From Blastocladiella emersonii ATCC 22665 (lineage: Eukaryota; Fungi; Blastocladiomycota): a stretch of 64,000 nt of DNA. Below the pieces are notes generated by a model. That model was not told where the DNA came from and searched no databases. It was given only the letters and a program-made list of their open reading frames with translations. The translations under genes were made by a program, and so were the position numbers. The stretch spans positions 2,108,001 through 2,172,000 of the forward strand of contig JANHCV010000001.1 in NCBI GenBank assembly GCA_025594325.1, written 5' to 3'. Shown piece by piece: positions 1-10,007 of the stretch. Each line of letters starts with the position of its first letter. Within the stretch, counting starts at the first letter, position 1.

Positions 1-30
1 TCGCGGGGTGTGGCTGTGCAGAACTTCAAC

Positions 31-3000
31 CTAGAGCGCCTTGGCGCTCCGGGTCCCGACCGTCACGGTCGCGCTCCCGACACCATCTTGGCGGTCGGGG
101 GTGGTTGGTGGGTGGGCCGGCGCAGGGGCCGCCGGCGACGTGGCGAGGTGCACCACAGCTGGCGATCCGGCAGCGGCGGCGTGGGCAGCAGCTGCAGGGG
201 GCAGCAGCGACAGGTAGGGGGCCGGTGGTGGCGGGCCAGCGCGCGCGTACGTGGACGCAGGCGAGGGCGAGGGTGTCGACAGCTTGATGGCGGCCGGCGA
301 GTAGGCGGGGGTGCGCGAGGATGAGGGCTCCGACAGCCACGCCAGCAGCGACGATGATGACGGTGATGAGGCGGCGCGCTGGGCGGACGCCGACGGCGAT
401 GGCGAGGAGGGCCCATAGATGGCGTTGATCATGAAGGTCCGGTCCATCTTGCCGAAGCCCATGTCCTCGAGCTTCTTGGTCTCGGCCTTGAGCATGGCCG
501 CCTCGGCAGCTGCCCCAGCAGCAATCTTCTTGGCGAGCTTGGCGTGTGTGGCGGCGCGCGCGCTGCACATGTTGGCGAGGGTGCAGGCCTGGCCATCAAA
601 CTGGCCCCCGCAGTCGGCGCAGTCGAGCTGGGCCCCCAGGGCCTGGTAGTCGTCCATGGGCGCGTCCGAGTCGTAGTCGTCCTCAGCGTCGGACGAGTCG
701 CTGTCGGACGGCACGTAGTCGTCGTCGTCGTCCATGAGGTCCTCGTCGCCGAGGGGCCCGTACCCGTGGATGAGGACGTTGTGGAACACGGTCGCCACGT
801 CGGCCTGGATGTCCTTGAACTCCTGCTCCACCTCGGGCGCGATTGAGATGCGGCCGTCCTCCACGCCCGCTGCGAGCGCGTTGAACATGCGCCGGATGTT
901 GCGGCCAAACTCCTCGGACGCGCTGGCGGCGCCTGCCGCGCGCTCGTTGGCGAGGTCGATCTGGTCCACGAGCTTGGTGACCCGCGCCTTCTGGGCCTTG
1001 ATGGTGGCGGCGGCGTCTGCAGCTGCGGAGGCAGCAGCCCTGGCGTCAGCGGCGCCCGCGCGGCGCTTGCCCTTGCGCAGCGTGAGCTCGGCGGCCTTCT
1101 CCTCCTCGGCGAGCTTGTGGTTGGTGGCGGCGAGGGCCTCGGCCTCGGACTTGGCGCGCTCGGCGCGCGAGCGGGCAGCAGCGGCGTGCGACGCCTCGGT
1201 CTTGGCCTCGGCGGCGGCCTGGCGCGCGGCGGCCTCGGCGGCGGCGGCGTTGGCGACCTGGACGCGCGCGTGCGCCTCGGCCTCCTGCGCAGCAGCCTCG
1301 GCGGCGGCGCGCGCGGTCCCGGACAACCTGGGCGGCAGCTGCCGCAATCCCAGCGAGCGCCGCGGCGGCCTCGCCGTCGCTGGCGCTGCCTGCGGGCGGC
1401 GCGGGCGACGCGGCGGTGGCGGACGACGACGCAGCAGCAGCCTCGTCAGTGCTGGGTGCTGTTGCAGTCACGCCCTCCATGGACTCGGCGCCGTCCGCGC
1501 CCTCGGCGGCAGCAGCCGTAGCAGCGGCGGCAGCACGTACCGCGTCAATCGCGTCCTTGGCGGCGGCGTGGGCCGCAGTGCGCTGGGCAATGGCCTCGGC
1601 GGCGGCGCGCTCGGCCGTGGCGAGGTTGATGATGGTGGTCGCGAGCTTGGACGCAGCGGCCGCTTCCGCCGAGACCGCACCCACCTGGCACGCGAGGGTC
1701 TGGAACAGGGCCTTGGCCTCGGCAGAGGCGGGGCCGTCAGGGAGGCAGCCATACCGGCGGCCGAACGCGGCGAGCGGGCCCTCCTCGCGCGCAGCGGCCG
1801 CGGCGAGGTCGAGCGTCATGGGGAGCGTGGCCTTGGCGAGCGACGACGCGAGCGAGACGGCGGCGCTGGCGGCGCGCGCGGGCGCGGGCGTGGGCGCGGG
1901 CGAGGAGGAGGTGACGACCTTGGACCAGGACAAACCTGGACCGGCGCGACCCGCAGGCGAGACAGTCGCCGACGGCGTGACGACCATGCCGTCGCGCTGG
2001 CGCTTGCGCGACGACGTGGACGTGTTGCTGGCGTTGGAGGGTCGCGACGACGGCGGCGACGGCCTGGGCTTGCGCGTGGAGCGGCGGACCGGGTTGGCGG
2101 GGTTCTCGGCGTTGCACAACGCGGACCAGTGCGCGTTGGACCCGCAGCAGTGGCAGCACCGCTCGCCGTCCTTGCGCAGGAAGACGGACGTGCCCTTCAT
2201 GGGGAGGACGCCCATCCTGAGACCGTCCTGGACGTCCTCGGGCAGCGGCATGCGGACGCACGCAGTGCGCGTCAGGCGCTCCTCGCCCGAGCGGAGCGCG
2301 CGGCGCACGCGCACGCCATGCAGCTTGACGCCCATGCTTTCAAAGTAGTCGTACAGCACGCCCTCGGTGGTGCCGGCGGGCAGGCCGTGGAGCCAGAGCG
2401 AGTTGGGCACCGTGTACCCGCGGCGGTCCTTTTGCACGACTGTGGCGTCGAACGAGATGGCGCAGTCGTTGATGACGGAGCAGCGGACGTCGTGGATGAG
2501 CGAGAGCGCGTCGTGGCGGGGCAGGAGGAGCGACGCGGTGCGGGTGCGACCGGGGTCGGGCTTGTCGAGGGAGAGGAGCGCGGCGCGCGTCTCGCTGCCG
2601 ATCGCGTACTGGACCAGCAGCGACATGAGCAGCTCGCCTGACCACGCATCGGGGACGTTGGAGACGATGACCTTGGCGTACATGTGGCCGACGCGGTTCT
2701 CGGTCGCGTCGCGCGGGACCAGGTCCTGGCCGACCCTGCCGCCGGTGGTGGTGCACTTGGTGCCGGGGCCAATGGGCAGCCCGCCGCGCATGACCCACTG
2801 CGCGGACGCGAGCTTGCGGAAGCGGGCGTGGACGTAGTTGCCGTCGGTCCAGTGCACGGTGCGGACCGAGCGGATGCCTTCGCGCAGGCCCATGTGCGAG
2901 AGCTTGTCCGTGATGAGCTCCTCGACGGTGAGGGACGGCTGGCACAGCTCCTTGGCGGGGGTGCCGGCGGGGCGGACGTCGGCGACGCGGAACGCGAGCG

Positions 3001-3361
3001 TGTACTGCTCCGAGGCGGGGAACGGGTCTTGCGCATGGACGAGTTGGTGCGCCGCGGGCGGGTACTCTTCGTTGTAGAAGCCCTCAGCGGGCGAGGGGGG
3101 AGAGGGGGAGAGGGCACTGTGGAGGGTGGCGTCGGGCCGCGCACCAGCCGCAGCAGTGGCTGTGGCGTCGGTTGTTGATGCTGAGGGCGAGGTGGTCGAT
3201 ACATCCTCGTCCATGGGAGCCGGCGACGACGACAACAACGACGACGACGAGGACGACGTCGCCGTGGTGGCGGCCGGGTCAGGGGGCGCAGGGGTGGGGG
3301 CAGCGGGGCCGCCGTCGCGAGCCGCGACGACGACGCCACCACCACCACTTGACGCCTCCAT
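31..3361 (-). CDS. gag/LINE-ORF1-like protein (three RRM-like segments, CCHC zinc knuckle, Ala-rich coiled coil, acidic/Cys-rich C-terminus), interrupted by one frameshift at ~1318-1320
   Basis: The 1046..3547 frame from ATG 3361 (MEASSGG) has RRM-like blocks (YVHARFRKLASAQWVM; KVIVSNVPDAW; SLWLHGLPAGTTEGVLYDYF) and C-H-C-C-G-S-N-A-H-W-S-A-L-C, which is CX2CX4HX4C. Removing one base from the CCC run at 1318-1320 joins it to the 31..1347 frame (…AQVVR|TARAAAEAAAQEAE…). No RT or integrase is seen in the window. Confidence 0.55.
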
Positions 3362-3467
3362 CTCGAGATTTTTGGAGGGGTGTTGATGCGTTGCGTAGAT
3401 TACGTTGCAGGGAGTGGTGGGAAAGACCAAAGGTGGTATGAGGTCAGCCAGCGGAATGGCGAGAGGT

Positions 3468-3549
3468 GATGGCGTGTCCGAGTGGTCTAAGGAGAATGCC
3501 TTGAAAGCATTTAGGCTTGCCTGCGCAGGTTCGAACCCTGCCGCCATCG
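3468..3549 (+). tRNA. tRNA-Ser(UGA), intact, intronless, with long variable arm
   Basis: Acceptor stem GATGGCG/CGCCATC with discriminator G; A-box TGTCCGAGTGG; anticodon arm AATGC-CTTGAAA-GCATT (TGA at 3502-3504); variable arm AGGC-TT-GCCT; T arm GCAGG-TTCGAAC-CCTGC. Confidence 0.95.
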
Positions 3550-3699
3550 TTTTTGCGCTCTCTGAGGTCCCTAATCATCTTTTAGATCATGCTTTTGGCT
3601 CCAGGGAGTCGAGATCAAGTCGAAAACGCGTCCGGGATGGTCGCTGGCGGCCACGGTCGCCGTGGGCTGACCCCATGCGGTGGCTTGCCCCCTTTTGTT
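3498..3699 (+). repeat. Direct repeat copy 1 (tRNA-Ser 3' part plus ~150 bp downstream flank)
   Basis: 3512-3549 is identical to 10313-10350 (38 nt) and 3618-3653 is identical to 10419-10454 (36 nt). Shorter shared blocks: AGATCATG(C)TTTTGGC, GGGCTGAC, GTGGCTTGC, CTTTTGTT. Confidence 0.9.
3550..3554 (+). terminator. Pol III terminator (T5) of tRNA-Ser
   Basis: TTTTT immediately follows the discriminator base. Confidence 0.8.
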
Positions 3700-4161
3700 C
3701 CACCACCTCACGACGACACCGGCTGTTCTGATTCCACTGAACGTATTCGGGCTACAAACCGGCACAGCAGCAGCAGGGGGACTTGGTGGCGGCAGCGGAT
3801 GCGAGTGATATTCCTTGCCGCGGGAGTTGCATCAACCGCTTCAGCTAGCCCTCGCCGCCCTGGCGCCGCACGTTGAATCAGGCGATGTTGAAGCGCATGT
3901 TTGTGGTGCATTGTTCTTTCAACAAACGAGTATAGAAACGTCCGGATGGGGTCGGGGTTAACGTGTCGAAAGTGGTTTGATCAAGCCTGCTCAAGTCACG
4001 TTGTGGCGCAACGCGTCAATTTCGGCTCGCGCGTCGCACGCTCAATTCACTATCGCCCTATCTGTTCAGCTGTTGTGGTGATGATTGCATCAGAAACCAA
4101 TCACTAACATGTTCAGAAACCCCTTGACGCGTATATTCAAAAAAACCGAAAGACGACCTGC

Positions 4162-6744
4162 TCACTCATTGTGGGAACGGCGCGAGCGTTTCTTACTCGG
4201 ACCACTAGTCCCCGTGGGCGAATCGATGGTACCCGCCACATGCACAACCCTTGGCGCCGAGGGCGTGCGAGAGTTCGATCCAGCAGTCAATGCCGCGACT
4301 GCGCTCGACTGATGAATAACCGGCGAGGGAGCGGCCCCAGCCCAGGCCGGAGCTGTCGCCGGCCGGCTGGGCGTCGAACGTCTCGGAGGCTCGATGAGCG
4401 GCCGGGAAGGTGCGGCATGAGCTAGAAGCTGCTTCTCGCCCACAACCTTGATGACGGCCTTGGTGGCAGCCTCAGAAGCAAGCTCCTCGAGCTTGCGCTG
4501 GGAAATGCAGACGAGAGGCTCGCCGTTTTCGTCAACCAAATCCCGTGCCGCCGGGGCACGACCACGGGATTGCCGAGGACCGTTCCCCAAGCGAGCGGGC
4601 GGCTGCGAGATTGCATTAGAACCGGCGTGCACCTTGGCAGGCGTCGCGGGCGTCGAAAGAGTCGATGCGGCCTTAGGTTCAGCCCAGCAGAGCACGTTAC
4701 GGCCATCGAAGATGGGGTAGTCGCTGGCGGTGCCCGCACGCGTGCACGCCACGTACTTCTCCGATTTGAACGCGGGCAAGTGGACCGCGTTCATCGGAAC
4801 CTCGCCCTTCGATTTGGGCTCGCGCGTCGGTTTGAGCCGAAACCCATACGACGTGTCGTGCCACTGAAGCGAACGAAGCGCATTCGACACCTGGTCGTGC
4901 GTGAACATTTGGTCGGCCGGGCAAAGCTCAATTGCAACAGAGCTGGCCAGACGGCCCATTTCCATGGCACGCAGCTGGCCGTCGGACATGGAGAGAAAAG
5001 GGGCAATGGCCCACACGGTCGCGAAGCGGATGATCACGGCCTTCAAACAGCTGTTGGGATCTGCTGCAAGATCGCGGAGAAGTTTCGTCGCGTCAGCAAA
5101 CACGCCGGGCGGCGGACGGGCAAGTCGAGGTGAGACGTCGTTGCGGTCGTCGTATGAAGGCTTGATGTACATGAGGTCCGCCTCGGTAATGGGCTGAGAG
5201 TTTTCGGGAGCGTAAACGTGGTACAGGGACCAAGCAATCTCGACCGTGACAAGCTCTGCACCCTCACTACAAAAAAAAACAAACGATACAGGTAAGCGAT
5301 CGGGTTTCGAGCGAATTAGGAGCGTATCCATAGCGTACTTGGTCTCCAGGGCAAGACCAAGGTCGTCCAAAGTTCGCTGCGTCTGAACCAGTCCCAAGCG
5401 GCAATTGAGAAAGCAATCGCCGCACAAGAGGTTCGGCACGTTGAGATTGACATTCTCGCGCAGAAATGCCATTTTGAGCCGATGCAGCGATTTGAACTCC
5501 TCGAAAGTCATGTTTGGATCGACTTCGAGGTCCTCGATCTGCAAAACGAAAGCGTAAGGTTTGAGAGGATTGTAAGCGTGGGCAGGTTGGTCCATGATTT
5601 GGGGCAGCAACATGCGCCCAAGAATCTCGTCCACAAAGTCGGGAATGGTCAGGCCGCACCTCCAGTCGTAGACGGCGTGCGTAAGCGCGTAGAGCTCGCG
5701 GCCCCACAACGAGGTTTTGAAGTACTGAGCGCCTCGGTCTGGTCGCACTGCAGGATAGCCCGATTTAGACGTGATGGTTGGCTCGGTGTCGGTGAGGTAC
5801 AATAGAGACATCCGACGCATGTCCTTGAGCAGCCCGGTGAACACGTCACGGTCCGGGAAGGTGAGGGGTGATGGAAAATTGCGTAGCGAGTCAAAATCGT
5901 GGCGGGCGACCGAGCGGATCACGACCTTGCCGTCGAGCGGAGAGCAGTCAATTTCGACACGCGGTACATCGGCCCCTGGCATCGAGTAGCTCGCGGCCGC
6001 GGCCGCTGAAGCATTAGCAAGGTCGGCATCTAGATGTAGAGAGGGAGAGCGGTGAGTGAGATGATGACGCGGAATCCAGGGCTTCTCGCGAGCCGTACCC
6101 ATGGATTCCATAAATGTCTGGTGGGCCGGCAGCACCGACAATTTGGAGGCGACCTCGGCCGAGCCGAAGATCGCGGCCGCATCCGTGGGTGGTCGGTCAA
6201 AGAGCAAGAGCAGGAGCGCGGGTTCGAAGGCCTGGTCGATATAGAACGATGAGAATAAATCGCGCCAAAGTCGGCCGTGGGAACCAAAATGAGCACGCTC
6301 GAGATCATGGCGTGCAGCGAAGTTCATCACAAGCGTCGATGCGAGCGGGAGTTGGGTCAGCCGAGCCGCGGCTGCCCAGTCCCGAACGCCAAAGTCGCGC
6401 GCAAACGTGTCGCGAAGCCCGGTCCGAGAGATGGGGAAGCCAATTAGGGTGGCGGCCGAGCACAAAGATGTGAGGTTCGTGAAATTGACATCGATGACTT
6501 TGAGAGCTGGGCGGTGACGAGACGCGCCAGCAGCGGCGGCCGACGCGGCACCGCCCTCGGTCATGTTAGCATCGGAGCTCGAAGCGGATCCCGGTGCGCC
6601 ACCGCCACCGGAGCCGTTGATGTGGATGCGCATCGCGAGAACGGCAGCCGGCAAGGCAGCCGCCTCGTCAAGATCAGCGCGGCGGGCCTCCGGGACCAAG
6701 CTGCATGGGGGTTGAGTCCTGACCTGATTCATGGTTTGCTTCAT
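4162..6744 (-). CDS. 860-aa intronless orphan protein, possibly TE-derived, with weak RRM-like segments and a C-terminal basic NLS-like KKRSRR
   Basis: Long ORF of complex (non-shadow) composition with visibly lower GC and more A/T-ending codons than neighbouring genes. No DDE, tyrosine-recombinase, HUH or RT motif recognised. Confidence 0.7.
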   Translation of the reverse strand: MKQTMNQVRTQPPCSLVPEARRADLDEAAALPAAVLAMRIHINGSGGGGAPGSASSSDANMTEGGAASAAAAGASRHRPALKVIDVNFTNLTSLCSAATLIGFPISRTGLRDTFARDFGVRDWAAAARLTQLPLASTLVMNFAARHDLERAHFGSHGRLWRDLFSSFYIDQAFEPALLLLLFDRPPTDAAAIFGSAEVASKLSVLPAHQTFMESMGTAREKPWIPRHHLTHRSPSLHLDADLANASAAAAASYSMPGADVPRVEIDCSPLDGKVVIRSVARHDFDSLRNFPSPLTFPDRDVFTGLLKDMRRMSLLYLTDTEPTITSKSGYPAVRPDRGAQYFKTSLWGRELYALTHAVYDWRCGLTIPDFVDEILGRMLLPQIMDQPAHAYNPLKPYAFVLQIEDLEVDPNMTFEEFKSLHRLKMAFLRENVNLNVPNLLCGDCFLNCRLGLVQTQRTLDDLGLALETKYAMDTLLIRSKPDRLPVSFVFFCSEGAELVTVEIAWSLYHVYAPENSQPITEADLMYIKPSYDDRNDVSPRLARPPPGVFADATKLLRDLAADPNSCLKAVIIRFATVWAIAPFLSMSDGQLRAMEMGRLASSVAIELCPADQMFTHDQVSNALRSLQWHDTSYGFRLKPTREPKSKGEVPMNAVHLPAFKSEKYVACTRAGTASDYPIFDGRNVLCWAEPKAASTLSTPATPAKVHAGSNAISQPPARLGNGPRQSRGRAPAARDLVDENGEPLVCISQRKLEELASEAATKAVIKVVGEKQLLAHAAPSRPLIEPPRRSTPSRPATAPAWAGAAPSPVIHQSSAVAALTAGSNSRTPSAPRVVHVAGTIDSPTGTSGPSKKRSRRSHNE

Positions 6745-7037
6745 GGTAGCCAGTTCATCAAGTGGAGCAAGCTGATTCGAAGCCCGACGGCAGATGGGGG
6801 TGGGCGAGGGGAGGCCGACGCGCGGCGCGGCGCGCGGGGGAGGCGCGTCGGGCAGCGTGGTGGCTCACGCGCCGCCAACGTGTCGCCAACGCGTGCTCGC
6901 GCGGGCACGCGTTGCTTTCGCCGCTCCTCTCCCCGCATCGGATAAGGCGGGCCGTACGAAAAGCGGCCGCACCCCCACCACCCCGCGCTCTCCCTCCGGC
7001 CCGTGCGACCGCGTCCACCTCCGGCACTCATCCCGCC

Positions 7038-10007
7038 ATGTCGATGCATCCCCGCCCTCTCCCGAAGCCGCCGCCACCGCCGCCGCCGCCACTGCGACCG
7101 ACGTTCGCGCCGGACACGCCGTCCAAGCTGCGCCGCACCATGATGCGCAACTACCGGCGCGACACCAAGCGGTACTACGCCATGTACCCCGACGCGCCGC
7201 GGCGCGGCTCGCCGTGTCACGGCCGACGACGACAACCGCCGCCCACGCTGCCCCGCGAGCTGTTCCCGCCGCGCCCCAACCTGGCCGGGTGCTCCGCGGC
7301 CACCCGCCGCACTCGGATGCGCAAGTGGTACCGCAAGGTCGCCAGGTGGTGCGGTACGCGCAAGCGGTCGCCTTATGTACGTCATCGTGCACGGCGTCGT
7401 GGCCTCGCTCGCATCGACACCCCACGCTGACCGTGGCAACCCTTGTCTCACACCCATAGCCTGTTCCCCGCGACCTGTTCGACGTCGGCACTCGAGTCGA
7501 CGCGACACCCGACGAGAGAATCGCCTCCCTCGTAGCTCGGCGAGCGCGCATGGTGCGTTTTCGACGCGTCGCGATGCGTCCGCGACGGATGACTGATCGT
7601 TGCTGCCTCCCTCCTCGCTCCTCTCCCTCCTCGTTCCTCTCGCTCGACGTTCCTTCAGTGCGAAAACCCCGACCAGTCGCACCTCATGCTCCGCAAGTCC
7701 GTCGGTGATCAAGATGGACCCGCCCGACTGGCTCCTCGACCAGGCGAGCCGACGGGCCCGGACCCCGCGCTCGGGATCGGCCAAGGCCGGTACGCGACCG
7801 TCGTGGTCCCGCTCGACCAGCTCCTCGCCGACGACGTGGCCGAGGAGGGCGGCGTCGAGAAGCTGCGCGTCGGCATCGCCACCCTGCTCCAGATCCACGC
7901 CGAGGGCGAGCTCGTGCTGTCGATGCACCTCGGCGAGCTCGTGCGCCGCGGCATCCCCATCAACGCCGGCCTGTCCCAGGACCACTTCTACCACATCTAC
8001 ATGGGCGTCAGCTGCATCCGCTCCGAAAATGACGACGAGACCGAGATCGTCCCGACCAAGATCACCTCGGACGACATCCTCAACGTGTCGCTCGCCCGCT
8101 ACCACGAAAAGGTGCGCAAGACGGACCTCCCGGTCCCGTCGCGCAAGAAGCTCTCGGTCGCCCTGCACCTGATGTCGCGCGAGCGCTGGACCAGTATTGT
8201 CACGGCGGCGAACCTGCGCCTTCTCGACGGTCGCGCCGCCATGGCCGTGCAGATCCGCGCTCGCTGGACCCGCGCCTACAAGCTGGTCCTCGCTCACGCC
8301 GCAGAGTCGGGCGAGCCCGTGCCGGAGCCGACGACCGCCTACTTCCTCAACCTCGACCTCGCGCAGTTCGCCGACGAGCTCGACCAGCGCTGCTCGCGGG
8401 CCGGTACGCTGTCCACGGCGACGATCGAGGCCATGGACCGCGCCGTGTGGCAGCTCATGGCCAATGTCGGCGCCTACTTGTACGACGAGAACAGCAGCGA
8501 CAAGGAGAAGCCCCTCGCCCTGCTCGACTCGTACATTTGCGCCATCGACCACCTCAAGTCGACGTACCACCTCTCGGCCTCGTTTCTGCGCCCCTCGCTC
8601 ATCCCTCTCGCCGAATCATTCGATCGCTTCATCCGCCTCAACCTGCACGCCCTCACCAACATCCTCAAGCTGTCGTGGTCCGAGTTCAAGGGCACCAAGG
8701 GGCTCGCCAAGGACCCCGCGGTCCTCAAGCGCCTGTGGGACGCCAAGGTCAAGGCCGCCGAGAAGCTCATCAAGCCCAAGTACATCTACTCGTACGACCA
8801 CGCCACCAACTCGTTCACGAACCTGTTCTCGGGCGCCATGTTCGTCGACCGCGAGACGGCGCACCTGGTCATGTACCGCGGCGGCATGCTGCCGAGTAAC
8901 AGCGGCGCAGCGGGAAGCGCCGCCGTCTCGCGGGCGCGCACGCTCCAGGAGCGCGCCCGCGAGCTGCGGCAGGCCAACCGCCCGCCGCCGACGCGAATCC
9001 GCGTCCCCGCGGGCAACCTCATCCTCGCCGCCGACCCGGGTGGGACCAAGATGGAGACGTGCCTCGTCATGACGCCCGAGAAGGCGCTCGAGCTCAAGCA
9101 CATCACCGAGCACTCGATCGACGCGACCCAGCACGCGGCGTCGGCGGGCGCGACGGCCGCGGACATGGCGGCCGCAGTCGATGCGCAGGCGGTGAGTCGC
9201 AGCAGTGTCGGTTACGTGGTGTCGACGCGTGGCGGCGTGCTCGGCGACTTCAAGTTCGTCGACTGGACGCCCGGCGCGTGGCACCAGTACGCCGGCGGCC
9301 GGCTGGCCCAGCAGCTCAAGAAGAAGTGGCTCGACAAGAACGGCCTCGACGAGGCGTACCGCCTGCTCAAGGAGTCGGCTGCCAGCGACCACAACCGGTC
9401 GACGGTGCCCATCGAGGTGCGCTCCCAGAACATGAAGGTGCTCCTCGCGGCGGCGCTCTGCCCGCAGGTCGGGTGGCTGCGCCGCACCAAGATCGACATG
9501 CGCAACCGCCTGCTCGACCTGTTCGCCGTGGCGCTGCGCGGCATCACGGTGCTCTTCGGCCACTGGTACCAGTCGGGCATGTTGCGGCTCAAGTCCAAGG
9601 GCCCCGTCAAGGAGTTCCGCGACGAGATGAAGCGCCGCGGCGTCGACATCCACATCGTGGACGAGGCGTACACGAGCAAGCGATGCGCCGCGTGCTGGTC
9701 GGCGCAGCGCGGCGTCAACGGCGACTCGTTGGCCAAGGACGGCGCCTTCGACCTCAAGAACCGCGAGTACGAGGAGGACGGCGTGATCAAGAAGGAGCAC
9801 CGCGCCGTGTACTGCCGCACGTGCAAGCGCCACTACAACCGCGACCGCAACGGCGCCGCCAACATCTTCTTCAAGACGCTCCACCTGCTCGACTTTGACC
9901 AAGCCGTCGCTCCTGCCCCGCACGACGACGACGACGGCATGGACCTGGACCTGGACCTGTCCGACTTCGACATGGACGACTTCGACATGGACGACGATTT
10001 CGACTAG
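7038..10007 (+). CDS. Fz1: Fanzor (Fanzor1-type eukaryotic TnpB homolog, RNA-guided endonuclease); predicted exons 7038-7376, 7460-7552, 7659-10007 (~926 aa)
   Basis: RuvC-I ILAADPG (D at 9033-9035); LFGHW; RuvC-II IVDEAYTSKRC (E at 9663-9665, just upstream of the zinc finger, the Fanzor-type rearrangement); zinc finger CAAC…CRTC; RuvC-III NRDRNGAANI (D at 9843-9845). Two phase-0 introns (GTACGT…GCTGAC…CATAG; GTGCGT…CTGAT…TTCAG) join the exons in frame. Confidence 0.9.

Noticed and set aside
734-2641. 635-aa plus-strand ORF and the many other long overlapping or antisense ORFs (e.g. 6741..8570, 8616..10040, 34456..35979, 45964..47559, 61935..63950)
   Set aside because: These are shadow frames expected at ~70% GC opposite real genes. 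They are Arg/Gly/Ala-biased and have no motifs.
3362-3547. N-terminal 62 codons of ORF 1046..3547 (and the similar ORF 10127..10348)
   Set aside because: They are the antisense reading of the tRNA-Ser gene. The plausible start is ATG 3361.
3520-3560. Antisense tRNA 3' end as an LTR-retrotransposon primer-binding site
   Set aside because: There is no TGG complementary to CCA, no TG…CA LTR, and the sequence is a complete tRNA gene with its own terminator.
3585-3620. Resemblance to the U2 snRNA 5' end (CTTTTGGCT…AGATCAAGT)
   Set aside because: The two pieces are separated by an 11-nt insert, the GTAGTA branch-pairing motif and Sm site are missing, and copy 2 does not keep the match.
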